Shown piece after piece: positions 54,238 through 64,000 of a DNA stretch of 64,000 nucleotides. Position numbers and translations under genes: made by a program. Position 1 is the stretch's first letter. Each line of letters starts with the position of its first letter. A model generated the notes under the pieces. That model had not been told where the DNA came from and did not search any database. It worked only from the letters and a program-made list of their open reading frames with translations. Source of the DNA: Clostridia bacterium (GTDB lineage: Bacteria > Bacillota > Clostridia > UMGS1883); assembly GCA_030527235.1 (NCBI GenBank), contig JAUNBL010000005.1:9798-73797 (forward strand), given 5' to 3'.

Positions 54238-55350
54238 TTACATTTTTAATTGTGTCTGTCCCTCCAAAAGTATATCGGCTATCCTTTCAGAAGCGTGTCC
54301 GTCGCCGTAGGGATTGGACGCGCGGCTCATGCGCATGTACTCGCTTTTATCGCAAAGGAGAGTTTTAACCGCTTCGTAAATCGGCTCCTCATCCGTTCCG
54401 ACAAGCTTCAACGTGCCGGCGGCAATGCCCTCGGGGCGCTCCGTAGTGTCTCGCATCACAAGCACGGGTTTTCCAAGCGAAGGCGCTTCCTCCTGTATTC
54501 CGCCGCTGTCAGTAAGTATCAGGTGCGCCGCGGCGAGGAAATTATGAAAGTCCAGCACATCGAGAGGTTCAATCAGCCGAATCCTGTCGCAGCCCTCAAG
54601 CTCCTCATGGGCTGCAGCTCTGACCGCCGGGTTGAGGTGAATCGGATAAATTGCCTTGACATCCGCTGTTTCCTCCACTATACGCCGAATGGCACGAAAC
54701 ATCCTATGCATAGGCTCTCCCAGGTTTTCACGCCGATGCGCCGTTATCAAAACAAGCCGCGAATCCGCCGCCCAATCAAGCATAGCGTGAGAATAGTCCG
54801 CCTTTACCGTAGTCTTAAGCGCATCTATCGCAGTATTGCCAGTAACATAAACAGTTTTCTCATTCTTCCCCTCGCGGATAAGATTTTGCGCCGCAAGAAC
54901 GGTCGGCGCAAAATTGTACTGAGCTATTATGCCCACCGCCTGGCGGTTAAATTCCTCAGGATACGGCGAGAAAATGTTATACGTGCGCAGCCCTGCCTCA
55001 ACATGGCCCACCGGCACTTGCAGATAATAACATGCGAGCGCGGTGACAAACGTTGTTGAAGTATCGCCATGTACAAGCACCACATCCGGCGCGACAAGCT
55101 CTATGACTGCCCTTATTTTGTCCAGAATGTTTACGGTAATATCAAAAAGGGACTGGCTTTCGCGCATTATGTCCAAATCATAATTCGGCGTCACTCCAAA
55201 CGCATCGAGCACCACGCGAAGCATCTCTCGATGCTGGCCGCTTACGCAGACCGTAACGCTGCACTCGCTTCGTTTTTGGAGTTCTTTCACGAGCGGACAC
55301 ATTTTAATCGCCTCGGGACGCGTTCCGAAAACAAGCATTATTTTTTTCAT
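54238..55350 (-). CDS. wecB: UDP-N-acetylglucosamine 2-epimerase (non-hydrolysing)
   Basis: KIMLVFGTRPEAIKM...HGDTST...TDSGGIQEEAP. It has an ATGA overlap with the upstream glycosyltransferase gene. Confidence 0.9.
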   Translation of the reverse strand: MKKIMLVFGTRPEAIKMCPLVKELQKRSECSVTVCVSGQHREMLRVVLDAFGVTPNYDLDIMRESQSLFDITVNILDKIRAVIELVAPDVVLVHGDTSTTFVTALACYYLQVPVGHVEAGLRTYNIFSPYPEEFNRQAVGIIAQYNFAPTVLAAQNLIREGKNEKTVYVTGNTAIDALKTTVKADYSHAMLDWAADSRLVLITAHRRENLGEPMHRMFRAIRRIVEETADVKAIYPIHLNPAVRAAAHEELEGCDRIRLIEPLDVLDFHNFLAAAHLILTDSGGIQEEAPSLGKPVLVMRDTTERPEGIAAGTLKLVGTDEEPIYEAVKTLLCDKSEYMRMSRASNPYGDGHASERIADILLEGQTQLKM

Positions 55351-56456
55351 TGTAACACTCCGCAATATTCTTGTATTTTGGAATAGTATTTGTCCAACAC
55401 TGTTCGGCGGTCAAAAAACTTTTCCGCCCGTTCCCTGCCCCGAAGACCCATCTGCCTTTTTTCCTCATGCGGCAGGTTTATGAAACGCTCCGCTTTGTCT
55501 GCAAAATCCTGTGCATTGCCCGGCTCAAACAAATAGCCTGTTACTCCATCCTCCACCACGTCTCTGCAGCCGGACACCCTCGACGCGATAACACATCTTG
55601 CGGTCGCCGACGCTTCCAAGATAGAGTTTGGAATGCCTTCGCCCCCGTGCGACGGGAGAACCACACAGTGACATTTATGAAGAAGTTCTTTTACATCTGA
55701 ACAAAAACCGAGGTATTCTATTATTCCGCTCTTTTCGTAACGCTCCATCTCTTTGCCGCGCTCAGGGTCTTCAACTGCTCCTGCTGCAAGGAACCTTACC
55801 CGTGGGTATTTTGCTTTTATAATTTCTGCGCACTTCAGGAACTCGTCCACACCCTTTATCCCGTAAATCCTGCTTGAAAACAGAAAAATGACGTCCTCGC
55901 TTTCGGGATACGGAGCAGCATAGTGCTCTTCCAGATTTACGCCGGAGCCGGGTATCATATCAAAATTGTCCTCCACCATAGAGTGGTGCATAAAATAGTC
56001 CCTGTCGCCCTCGTTCTGAAAATACACAAGCTCCGCATGCTTCACGCTTATGCGGTAGAGAAAGCGAAGCAGCTTTGCCAAAACGGTTTCCCGCAAAAAT
56101 GTCCCACCTGTACCCGTTATATTGCAAATCTGCTTAGTACGCGTTATGCGAGCCGCCAGCGCGCCGTATATGTTGGGTTTTGCAGTATACGAAAGAGCAC
56201 AGGCGGGCTTTAAGCGCCGCATGTAACCTATATAACGTGCCGCAAGCACCGCATCGCGCAGAGGATTTACTCCCCTGCGGTCAACCGGTGCTTCAATGAC
56301 TTTGCAGCCCATGTTACGAAAATAATCATTTCTTTCATCATGAGGAATGGACAAGTACACTTCGTAGTCATCTTCACAGAGCCTCTGTATAAGCTCTTTG
56401 CGGAAAAGATAGAGCGATATAAAGTGGTTTGTCATCATCAATACGCGCTTATTCAA
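55347..56456 (-). CDS. Glycosyltransferase family 4 (GT-B, group 1)
   Basis: The C-terminal half has the GT1 pattern (FLAAG...LPSHGGEGIPNSILEA). The TTG start follows AGAGGA. Confidence 0.75.
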   Translation of the reverse strand: MNKRVLMMTNHFISLYLFRKELIQRLCEDDYEVYLSIPHDERNDYFRNMGCKVIEAPVDRRGVNPLRDAVLAARYIGYMRRLKPACALSYTAKPNIYGALAARITRTKQICNITGTGGTFLRETVLAKLLRFLYRISVKHAELVYFQNEGDRDYFMHHSMVEDNFDMIPGSGVNLEEHYAAPYPESEDVIFLFSSRIYGIKGVDEFLKCAEIIKAKYPRVRFLAAGAVEDPERGKEMERYEKSGIIEYLGFCSDVKELLHKCHCVVLPSHGGEGIPNSILEASATARCVIASRVSGCRDVVEDGVTGYLFEPGNAQDFADKAERFINLPHEEKRQMGLRGRERAEKFFDRRTVLDKYYSKIQEYCGVLQ

Positions 56457-56468
56457 TGCAATCGTCCT

Positions 56469-58307
56469 CTACTCTTCGTCATGAGAATCCGCAGAAGCGG
56501 CAAAGGCTTCTTCAAATTCAAAGCTGTCAAGCTTTTCTTTTTCAAGAAGAGCGTTGGCAACGCTGTGAAGCTTGTCAATATTGTCTTTTATCAATTCTTC
56601 ACACTTTTTGTAACAGTCATCCACAATCCTCTTTATTTCCTCATCTATCATTGCCGCCACACGTTCGCTGTAGTTGCGCCCCTGCGAAAAGTCTCTTCCG
56701 AGGAAAACTTCGTGATCCGGAGTCGTAAACGTGATATTTCCGAGAGTGTCGCTCATACCGTATTGCGTCACCATTTTGCGCGCAATGTTCGTCGCCCTTT
56801 CCAAATCGCTCGACGCGCCTGTATTTATCTCGTTGAAAATAAGCTTCTCGGAAATCCGTCCTGCGAGGCAAAGCATAATGTCCTCAAGCATTTCCAGCTT
56901 GGAAACATAGTTTTTATCCGTATCCGGCAAGCTCATTGTAAATCCGCCTGCCCTGCCTCTGGGAATAATCGAAACCTGATGCACCTCATCTTGCGTTGGC
57001 AGCAGTTTTGCAATTATAGCATGGCCTGCCTCGTGGTAAGCCGTCTGCTTTTTGTCCTTCTCTGTATATTTCTTCGATGCCTTTTCCGGACCCATAACAA
57101 CCTTCAGCATGGCCTCGTCAAGCTCATCCATGCCAATACTCTTTTTGTTGCGGCGCGCCGTTAATATGGCAGCCTCATTGAGCAGATTTTCAAGGTCCGC
57201 GCCTGTGAATCCGTAAGTCGTTTTTGCAATCGTGGCAAGCGACACCTCCTGGGCAATCGGCTTGTTTTTAGAATGCACCTTGAGTATTTCCTCGCGCCCC
57301 TTCTGGTCGGGATAGTTAACGACAACCTGACGGTCAAATCTGCCGGGACGCAAAAGAGCCGGGTCCAATATATCAGGTCTGTTGGTCGCGGCGATTATGA
57401 TAACGCCCGCGTTCGTGCCAAACCCGTCCATCTCAACAAGCAGTTGGTTAAGTGTCTGCTCGCGCTCGTCATGTCCGCCGCCGAGACCTGCGCCGCGGTG
57501 ACGGCCCACAGCATCTATCTCATCTATGAAAATTATCGCGGGCAAGCTTTTGCGAGCCTGCTCAAATAGGTCTCTCACGCGTGAAGCGCCCACGCCGACA
57601 AACATCTCCACAAAGTCAGAGCCGGAAATTGAAAAAAACGGCACATTTGCTTCGCCTGCAATGGCTTTTGCCAAAAGCGTTTTACCTGTTCCCGGAGGTC
57701 CTACGAGCAGCACGCCTTTGGGAATTCGCGCTCCCAAATCGGTAAAGCGGTGCGGAGCTTTAAGAAAGTCCACAATTTCAGCAAGCTCTTGTTTTTCCTC
57801 ATCCGCGCCGGCAACGTCCTCAAAAGTGACCTTTTTCGCATCGTCACTTTGCATACGCGCCTTTGTTTTTCCAAACGAGTTCATCCCTCGCCCGCCCTGT
57901 GACTGGCGCATAAAGAACACCCAGAACCCGACTGCCAAAACAATGAGGAAAAGTGTCGGAAGCATGGAAACCCACCACGAAACCGTTTCGGGCTTGGGCA
58001 TCTCAACTTGCAGCTTACCTGCAGCCATCTGCGTATCTATCTCTTCTCCGAGCCACATATACAGAATGTTCCTTGACACGTCTACAACAACAATACGTCC
58101 ATCGGAATAAGTTGCCGCCGTCTGAAGCTCAGATATTTCGAGCTGGACAATTTGCCCGTCGCGTATGTCCTTTGCCAAATCCGAAAAAATTTCCTTATCC
58201 ACCGAACCTCCGCTCAACGCCATGGCAAGGACTATAGTTATAACCGCCATGAGAGCCACGTAAAAACTGATACTTTTAATGCTGTCCTTCAAATTTCTTT
58301 CCTCCAA
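56469..58307 (-). CDS. ftsH: ATP-dependent zinc metalloprotease FtsH
   Basis: Two N-terminal TM helices, the AAA motif [16 protein letters not shown], and the Zn motif HEAGHA. Confidence 0.95.
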   Translation of the reverse strand: MEERNLKDSIKSISFYVALMAVITIVLAMALSGGSVDKEIFSDLAKDIRDGQIVQLEISELQTAATYSDGRIVVVDVSRNILYMWLGEEIDTQMAAGKLQVEMPKPETVSWWVSMLPTLFLIVLAVGFWVFFMRQSQGGRGMNSFGKTKARMQSDDAKKVTFEDVAGADEEKQELAEIVDFLKAPHRFTDLGARIPKGVLLVGPPGTGKTLLAKAIAGEANVPFFSISGSDFVEMFVGVGASRVRDLFEQARKSLPAIIFIDEIDAVGRHRGAGLGGGHDEREQTLNQLLVEMDGFGTNAGVIIIAATNRPDILDPALLRPGRFDRQVVVNYPDQKGREEILKVHSKNKPIAQEVSLATIAKTTYGFTGADLENLLNEAAILTARRNKKSIGMDELDEAMLKVVMGPEKASKKYTEKDKKQTAYHEAGHAIIAKLLPTQDEVHQVSIIPRGRAGGFTMSLPDTDKNYVSKLEMLEDIMLCLAGRISEKLIFNEINTGASSDLERATNIARKMVTQYGMSDTLGNITFTTPDHEVFLGRDFSQGRNYSERVAAMIDEEIKRIVDDCYKKCEELIKDNIDKLHSVANALLEKEKLDSFEFEEAFAASADSHDEE

Positions 58308-58309
58308 CC

Positions 58310-58855
58310 CTACTTTGAATAGATTTCTTTCTTCAAAACTCCCACAAATGGGAACTGCCGGTATCGATAATTATAATCCAGGCCATACCCGACAACAAAC
58401 TCGTTCGGGCAGTCAAAGCCCGTATATTTCGCCTCTATGTCAACGGCTCGGCATATCTTCTTATCAAGCAGCGCGCATAACTCAACGCTGAGCGCTCCCA
58501 TTGAAAACAGATACTCTTTCATCGCTTTAAGTGTGCGCCCGGTATCTATTATGTCCTCAATTATCAATACATTTCTGCCGCCGACAGAAAAATTTTTACT
58601 GGGCCGTATGTCAACCTTCTCGCTTTGTGTGCGCCCTGCTCCATAACTCGAAGCATATATAAACGAAATTGTGGCGGGGGTTTTTAAGCGCCGAATCAAA
58701 TCAGCCGCGAACATGAAACTCCCGTTAAGCACCGACACAAGGCACAGCTCGCTTCCGGCGTAGTCTTTGTCTATTTGCTCTGCGAGAGCGCATACTCGCT
58801 CTTCTATTTGTTCCTTTGTGAAAATGATATGGTCAATAACGTCATCATAATACAT
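58310..58855 (-). CDS. hpt: Hypoxanthine phosphoribosyltransferase
   Basis: The PRPP motif is VLIIEDIIDTGRT. Sits in tilS-hpt-ftsH synteny. Confidence 0.9.
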   Translation of the reverse strand: MYYDDVIDHIIFTKEQIEERVCALAEQIDKDYAGSELCLVSVLNGSFMFAADLIRRLKTPATISFIYASSYGAGRTQSEKVDIRPSKNFSVGGRNVLIIEDIIDTGRTLKAMKEYLFSMGALSVELCALLDKKICRAVDIEAKYTGFDCPNEFVVGYGLDYNYRYRQFPFVGVLKKEIYSK

Positions 58856-60198
58856 TATTTCCCCGCCTCCCTATATTCAATAATCAGAAATTTTTTGGTG
58901 GCTTCTCCGGGCGCGTATAATCTGCTCTGCCTAAGAGGGGGTGCATAAATAATATCATCCCCGCACAGGACTACCGGAAGCGCGTGTCTTTTTGAGAGCG
59001 GCACTTTTGCATCGGAATAAATATCCTTGACGCGTTTTCTCCCACTCATGTTCGCCAGCCGCATAAAATCAGCATCGTGTGCGGCACGGACAATAAGCGG
59101 CGCCAAAATCAGCTCAAAGTCGAATACCGCTATATTATTATCCCCTTTTTCGGGGCGTTTGTCAACACATTTCGCCTCAAGAGTCCAAAAAAAACCTGTC
59201 ACGCTCGCTCCCTCCGCAAGGATTTCACGACCATTATACGTCATCGTCTCACCTTGGACGCAGATTTTGTTTTGCTCTTTTCTCGCAAAGCGTTTTCCAT
59301 CTATGTCCATACGCCGTGCGCTGCGCGATGAACACAAGTTCAAAAGCTCGTCCACCTTGTCCGCGCTTATATTCTTGACTCCCCATCTTTTAAGCGCATC
59401 GTTCGCAATCCTTCTCGCAATCGGGCGCGGCAAAAACAACAGCGCCCCGCAGTCAGCAATTCCCTCGTTGCATAATATGTTTTGCTCGTATTTTTTCGCC
59501 GTGTCCGTCAAAAAAGCGTCATCCTCGCTTATAAGAGACGCAGCGCGAACAATTTTACGCGCCGCGTTGTGCGACACGCTTTCCAACACAGGCATAACGC
59601 TCAGACGAATTCTGTTTCTCGCATATTTTTCCGAAGCGTTCGTGCTGTCGGTACAATACTCAATCGTATTATCGGCAAGGTATTCTTCAATCTCACTCCT
59701 CGCAGCATCAAGCAGCGGTCTGATAATCTTTCCCCGCTTATACGCTATCGCGCGCAGCCCCGCAGCGGATGTTCCTCGCGTCAAACGAAAGAGCACTGTT
59801 TCGGCAGCATCACATAGATTATGTGCCGTAGCAACAACCTCTCCTTCTGCACACAGAGATTCAAAAAAGGCATATCTTTCATTTCTGCCGCATTCCTCCA
59901 AACCCTCGCCGCGAGCAAGGGCAATAGCGGGAATGTCAAGCGTGCGGCAAAAGAGCTGCACACCCTCTCTTTTACACAACTCATGCACAAACTTTTCGTC
60001 CTCAAGCGCCTCCGCACCGCGTATCATGTGGTTCAGATGCGCCGCTGCGACTTCTATTGCGTACTTAGCGGCAAGACGTTTCATCACGTACAGAAGGCAC
60101 ACTGAATCCGCCCCGCCCGAGAGCGCGCATATCACCTTGGACACGCCATCCAAAAGAGCGTGTTTTTTTATTGTCGCACTCACGGTATCGGTCAGCAT
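58855..60198 (-). CDS. tilS: tRNA(Ile)-lysidine synthase
   Basis: The PP-loop is ALSGGADSVCLL, and the C-terminal TilS domain is present. Confidence 0.9.
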   Translation of the reverse strand: MLTDTVSATIKKHALLDGVSKVICALSGGADSVCLLYVMKRLAAKYAIEVAAAHLNHMIRGAEALEDEKFVHELCKREGVQLFCRTLDIPAIALARGEGLEECGRNERYAFFESLCAEGEVVATAHNLCDAAETVLFRLTRGTSAAGLRAIAYKRGKIIRPLLDAARSEIEEYLADNTIEYCTDSTNASEKYARNRIRLSVMPVLESVSHNAARKIVRAASLISEDDAFLTDTAKKYEQNILCNEGIADCGALLFLPRPIARRIANDALKRWGVKNISADKVDELLNLCSSRSARRMDIDGKRFARKEQNKICVQGETMTYNGREILAEGASVTGFFWTLEAKCVDKRPEKGDNNIAVFDFELILAPLIVRAAHDADFMRLANMSGRKRVKDIYSDAKVPLSKRHALPVVLCGDDIIYAPPLRQSRLYAPGEATKKFLIIEYREAGK

Positions 60199-60202
60199 TT
60201 GT

Positions 60203-61534
60203 TCAGCCCCCGCTCCTCATATCCAAATTTGTAAATTTGGTATATTCTCCACGCCATGCCAAATTTACACTCTTACACTCGCCGCCGCGGTTCTTTGCCA
60301 CAATGCACTCAATTACACCTGCATTTTCCGGTTCTTCCTCACCTGATTCGGGATTGTAAAGCAGCATAACAATATCCGCGTCCTGCTCGATGGAGCCGCT
60401 CTCGCGCAAATCCGACATCTGCGGCCGTCTATCCTTGCGCGCCTCAGACGCGCGGTTCAGCTGAGAAAGCGTTACCACCGGTACGCACAGCTCCTTTGCC
60501 ATAATTTTCAGCGCGCGCGAAATCTCTGTAACCTCCTGCGCGCGGCTGTCACGCTTGGAGTGGCTTTCCATAAGCTGAAGGTAGTCTATAATTATAAGCC
60601 CTATATTATGCTCTATTTTCATCCGTCTGCTCTTTGCACGAATTTCAGACGCAGTTATTCCGGGAGTGTCGTCTATATATATCGGTGCGCTGACAAGCGA
60701 TTTCAGCGAATGTGCAAGCTTGGCCATATCGTTTGCGTCCAAATCTCCTACACGCATTTTCTGCGACGGAATCAGCGCCTCCGATGAGAGTACTCTGTTT
60801 ACAAGCTCCTCCTTGCTCATTTCAAGGCTGAATATCGCTACAGGTACGCGGTTGCGTATTGCGGCGTTTTCGGCAATGTTCAGAGCCAAGCTCGTTTTTC
60901 CCACACCGGGACGCGCAGCAATAATCACGAGGTTAGAGTTTTGCAGCCCTGCCGTAAGAGCGTCCAATCCGTCAAATCCCGTAGGGACTCCGGTGATTTT
61001 TCCGCCGCGCTTTTTAAGTTCCTCAAGCAGCGCCATTGCGCTCTTTATAACCTCGCCTATATGGTAAAAGCCCTTTGTTCCCCGTTTTTGCACAATGGAA
61101 AAAATCAGCTTTTCGCTTTGCTCTAAAATAGCCGACACCGATTCCTCATCTCGTACGGACATGTCAATTATTTCACCGGCTGCATCAATAAGGCGGCGAA
61201 GAAGACTTTTCGCTTCGACGATATCGATATAGTAGTTCAAATTCTCTGTTGTAAGCACGTTCTGCACAATTTTTGAAATGTACGAAATACCGCCTACCGA
61301 TTCTATATCCGTCCCCAGCGTGTCAGACAGAGTAACCATATCAAGCGGGGCGCCGCTGTTATATACCTTGGAGGCAGCGGTGAAGATGGTCTTGTGCGCA
61401 TTTGTATAAAAATCGTCCGCAGAAAGCTTTTCCATCACAACGGAAAGCGCATTGGCATCAAAAATCATGCTGCCCAACACGGCTTGTTCCGCCTCGATGT
61501 TATACGGCATTGTTTTACCTATCGGAAGTTCCAT
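60203..61534 (-). CDS. dnaB: Replicative DNA helicase (DnaB family; DnaC in Bacillus nomenclature)
   Basis: PYNIEAEQAVLGSM, Walker A ARPGVGKTSLAL, and IIDYLQLM. Confidence 0.95.
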   Translation of the reverse strand: MELPIGKTMPYNIEAEQAVLGSMIFDANALSVVMEKLSADDFYTNAHKTIFTAASKVYNSGAPLDMVTLSDTLGTDIESVGGISYISKIVQNVLTTENLNYYIDIVEAKSLLRRLIDAAGEIIDMSVRDEESVSAILEQSEKLIFSIVQKRGTKGFYHIGEVIKSAMALLEELKKRGGKITGVPTGFDGLDALTAGLQNSNLVIIAARPGVGKTSLALNIAENAAIRNRVPVAIFSLEMSKEELVNRVLSSEALIPSQKMRVGDLDANDMAKLAHSLKSLVSAPIYIDDTPGITASEIRAKSRRMKIEHNIGLIIIDYLQLMESHSKRDSRAQEVTEISRALKIMAKELCVPVVTLSQLNRASEARKDRRPQMSDLRESGSIEQDADIVMLLYNPESGEEEPENAGVIECIVAKNRGGECKSVNLAWRGEYTKFTNLDMRSGG

Positions 61535-61546
61535 AGCACCTTTCTC

Positions 61547-61993
61547 CTACTCAGCGTCCACATGTACAACAATTTTTGCGCTTATATTCGGGTATATCTT
61601 TATCTCAACCTCACTGTCGCCTATGTTCTTTATGCCGTCCGGCAGATTGATTTTTCGCTTGTCCACAACAACATGCAGCTGATACTTGACGGCCTCGGCA
61701 ACATTCACGTTTGTAATTTTACCAAAGAGTCTGCCGCCCTCGCCGGCCTTTGCGCTAAGCTTAACGACACCGCCATCCAGTTTTGCCGCAATCGCATGCG
61801 CCTCTTCAAGCTCTTGCGCCTTGTGAAACGCTTTCGCCTCATCCTTGCCTTTCACTTCGTTAAGCGCTTCCTTTGTGGCCTCCTTTGCCATTTTCCTCGG
61901 GAGTAAAAAGTTCCTCGCATAGCCATCTGCAGCTTCAACCACATCGCCCTTTTTACCGTGACCTTTCACATCCTGCAAAAGCACTACTTTCAT
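61547..61993 (-). CDS. rplI: 50S ribosomal protein L9
   Basis: [32 protein letters not shown]. Confidence 0.95.
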   Translation of the reverse strand: MKVVLLQDVKGHGKKGDVVEAADGYARNFLLPRKMAKEATKEALNEVKGKDEAKAFHKAQELEEAHAIAAKLDGGVVKLSAKAGEGGRLFGKITNVNVAEAVKYQLHVVVDKRKINLPDGIKNIGDSEVEIKIYPNISAKIVVHVDAE

Positions 61994-62003
61994 ACGTATC
62001 CTC

Positions 62004-63962
62004 CTAACTCAAACTATCTAAATATTCGTCAATGGCTTCCTTAAGCCGCTCCTCACATTCCAAAACACTCACTCCGCTTTGCTGCGCGGCGCCGGAGAGC
62101 ATATGTCCGCCTCCGCCAAGGCGCTCCAAAATCATCTGTACGTTTATATCGCCCAGTGAACGTCCGCTCACGGAAGAACCGTCCCTGTCCTTTGCCACCA
62201 CAAACGATGCCGCCACTCCCGATATTTCCAAAAGCTCCTCCGCGGATTTTGCTACAATATCCTTTTCGCAGACAAAGTCGGCCTTGGATATTGCAATGTT
62301 ATCCCGATATATTACAGCTTCGGAAACAATTCTGTACTTAGTTTCATAGTCGTCCATGCTTTCCTGAAAAAGTCTTTTGATTCTGATTGTATCCACGCCG
62401 GCAGCTCGCAGATACGCCGCCGCTTCAAATGTTCTCACTCCTGTTTTTACCGTAAAATTATTCGTATCTATGACAATTCCCGCATAGAGCGCCTCTGCGG
62501 TAAACGTGTTCAGAGAGATTCTCGGGTCAATATATTGCAGAACCTCTGTTATCATTTCACTCGCGGAGGATGCAAACGGTTCATGGTACACCAAATCCGT
62601 GTGTCTGAGAAATTCTTCGCTGCGGCGATGGTGGTCTATAAGGACCACTGATTTCGCATCGTCCAAAAACTCTTTTCCTCCTACCATGCTCGGCTTATGC
62701 GTATCACACACCACGAGAAGCGTATCTTTTTGAAAGTATTCCCGCGCCGCCTGCTTGTTCAAGAACACTCCCTCCGTGCCGCTTTTTTCAGCGCTTTTCA
62801 GCATCCCCGCTACTGTAGTGTCACACGACTCAAAATAAACTCTGCACATCTTCCCGCACGATTGTGCTGCACAGACCACGCCGAGACATGCACCGAGCGA
62901 ATCCGCATCCGCAAGACGGTGACACACCACCATCACATTAGACGAATTGGATATAAGTCCCCGCAGCGCCGTTGCCATTACGCGCGCTTTGACACGTGTA
63001 CGCTTTTCAACTTCCTTGCTCTTGCCGCCAAAGTAGCTGAAGTTTGCTCTGTCTCGGACTACCACCTGGTCGCCTCCTCTGCCAAGCGCCATGTCCAGCG
63101 CAGCTTTGGCGTACTCTTCGTTGTCGGCAAGCGTACCGCCATCGGCGCCGATTCCTATACTGATTGTGGGAGGAATTTTTTGCTCACGTCCGGCAGAACG
63201 CACGCAGTCAAGCACTGCAAAGCGCTCTTCCGTAAAGGCGAGAAGCGCAGCTCCGTCAAAAACGCAAAGGTATCTGTCACGTTCAAGTTTTCTGATTATG
63301 CCGTTTTTCTCCCTCACCCATGCCGTAACAGCTCGCTCTATCTCCGAAAGCAGACTTTGACGCACTGCATCCGGTGCAGCTTCTATTGCCTCTTCGTAAT
63401 TATCTATGTTTATCACGGCAATCACGTTCTTTTGGTCCTCAAGCAGTTTTTTGCAAATCTCCGCTTCCGTAATGTCGGTAAATGTCAAAAGCAGTGCGTT
63501 GTTCAGCGTAGCTGCCTTAACCTTGTATACCTCTCCGCCTTCTGTTCGGTAAATATATTCTCCGCCCAGAAGTTCCTTTATTTTCATGTTAGGAAGCACC
63601 GATTCCACGCTGCGCCCAATTTCCGCATTCGCAAACGCCTTTCTAAACGCCTCGTTGTACCAGCAGACTGAACTATCCGGCGCTACTGACAGCATCGGAA
63701 TCGGCACTGTCTGAGAAATCGAAACGTCGGAATTTTCGGACATGAAAAGCATACTGTCAATATACTCCGCACTCTTTTTCGCGCGCACGGTTCGTTCGAT
63801 GGCGGCGTGCACCATCATGGCGGCCGCTAAAACAAGGAGCGCGGCAAAAAGCGCAAAGCTTTTTACGTAGAGCGCGAAAACCGCGCAAAGTATAATGATG
63901 ACGCAATAAAATAATATTGACTTGCCAAACGCCGTATACGAAAAATCGTTTTTGCCGTTCAT
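62004..63962 (-). CDS. gdpP: GdpP/YybT-type DHH/DHHA1 phosphodiesterase (c-di-AMP phosphodiesterase)
   Basis: Two N-terminal TM helices, a PAS-like region, a degenerate GGDEF-like region, DHH (LIDHHRR), and DHHA1 (GGGGH). Sits in gdpP-rplI-dnaB synteny. Confidence 0.85.
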   Translation of the reverse strand: MNGKNDFSYTAFGKSILFYCVIIILCAVFALYVKSFALFAALLVLAAAMMVHAAIERTVRAKKSAEYIDSMLFMSENSDVSISQTVPIPMLSVAPDSSVCWYNEAFRKAFANAEIGRSVESVLPNMKIKELLGGEYIYRTEGGEVYKVKAATLNNALLLTFTDITEAEICKKLLEDQKNVIAVINIDNYEEAIEAAPDAVRQSLLSEIERAVTAWVREKNGIIRKLERDRYLCVFDGAALLAFTEERFAVLDCVRSAGREQKIPPTISIGIGADGGTLADNEEYAKAALDMALGRGGDQVVVRDRANFSYFGGKSKEVEKRTRVKARVMATALRGLISNSSNVMVVCHRLADADSLGACLGVVCAAQSCGKMCRVYFESCDTTVAGMLKSAEKSGTEGVFLNKQAAREYFQKDTLLVVCDTHKPSMVGGKEFLDDAKSVVLIDHHRRSEEFLRHTDLVYHEPFASSASEMITEVLQYIDPRISLNTFTAEALYAGIVIDTNNFTVKTGVRTFEAAAYLRAAGVDTIRIKRLFQESMDDYETKYRIVSEAVIYRDNIAISKADFVCEKDIVAKSAEELLEISGVAASFVVAKDRDGSSVSGRSLGDINVQMILERLGGGGHMLSGAAQQSGVSVLECEERLKEAIDEYLDSLS

Positions 63963-64000
63963 GAAGTTTACTCCTTATTTGTTTTCCAAGTGCCTCTTGA

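Noticed and set aside
59027-60346. A 439-aa ORF antisense to tilS/dnaB
   Set aside because: It is a shadow ORF opposite conserved housekeeping genes, Ser/Ala/Arg-rich, with no recognisable motifs.
62697-63671. A 324-aa ORF antisense to gdpP. Similar long antisense ORFs lie at 25297-26073, 30556-31362, 47057-47848, 47864-48604, 56340-57164 and 445-1095.
   Set aside because: All overlap strongly supported genes on the opposite strand and look like compositional artefacts.

Overview
The window looks like a spore-forming Firmicutes (Clostridia-type) chromosome. Supporting signals are pro-sigma-K, SLH-anchored surface proteins, a cohesin-like/dockerin pair, and Bacillus-like synteny: rpsF-ssb-rpsR, polA-coaE, a dnaD-like gene with dnaI, tilS-hpt-ftsH, and gdpP-rplI-dnaB. 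I call about 46 protein genes, one tRNA-Arg(ACG), and a set of sigma-A-like promoters and intrinsic terminators read by eye. Most genes are housekeeping: replication, translation, nucleotide and proline metabolism, and the class III RNR. The accessory content is nearly all cell-surface or carbohydrate related: a 1389-aa SLH protein in a visibly AT-rich segment beside the tRNA, large multi-domain GH30 and GH2 enzymes, and the cohesin-like/dockerin pair. I saw no CRISPR array, transposase, integrase, prophage module or recognisable anti-phage defence system. The best candidate for an undescribed system is the four-gene operon at 37.9-43.5 kb. It encodes an SLH-anchored alpha/alpha-barrel protein, a DUF4430 protein, EcfT, and a single polypeptide fusing EcfA, EcfA' and an S-component-like domain. 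I read this as a split transcobalamin-like surface capture module feeding a dedicated ECF importer; that reading is inference. Secondary items are an NrdD with a C-terminal CPNC thioredoxin-fold domain behind a promoter carrying NrdR-box-like sites, an XRE/REC-EAL-Hpt locus whose divergent promoters share one 25-bp palindrome, an orphan DUF4130 gene overlapping the GH2 stop by ATGA, an ORF-free region with an orphan terminator, and a long palindromic element downstream of the tRNA. All family calls come from motif recognition by eye. No database search or computation was run.
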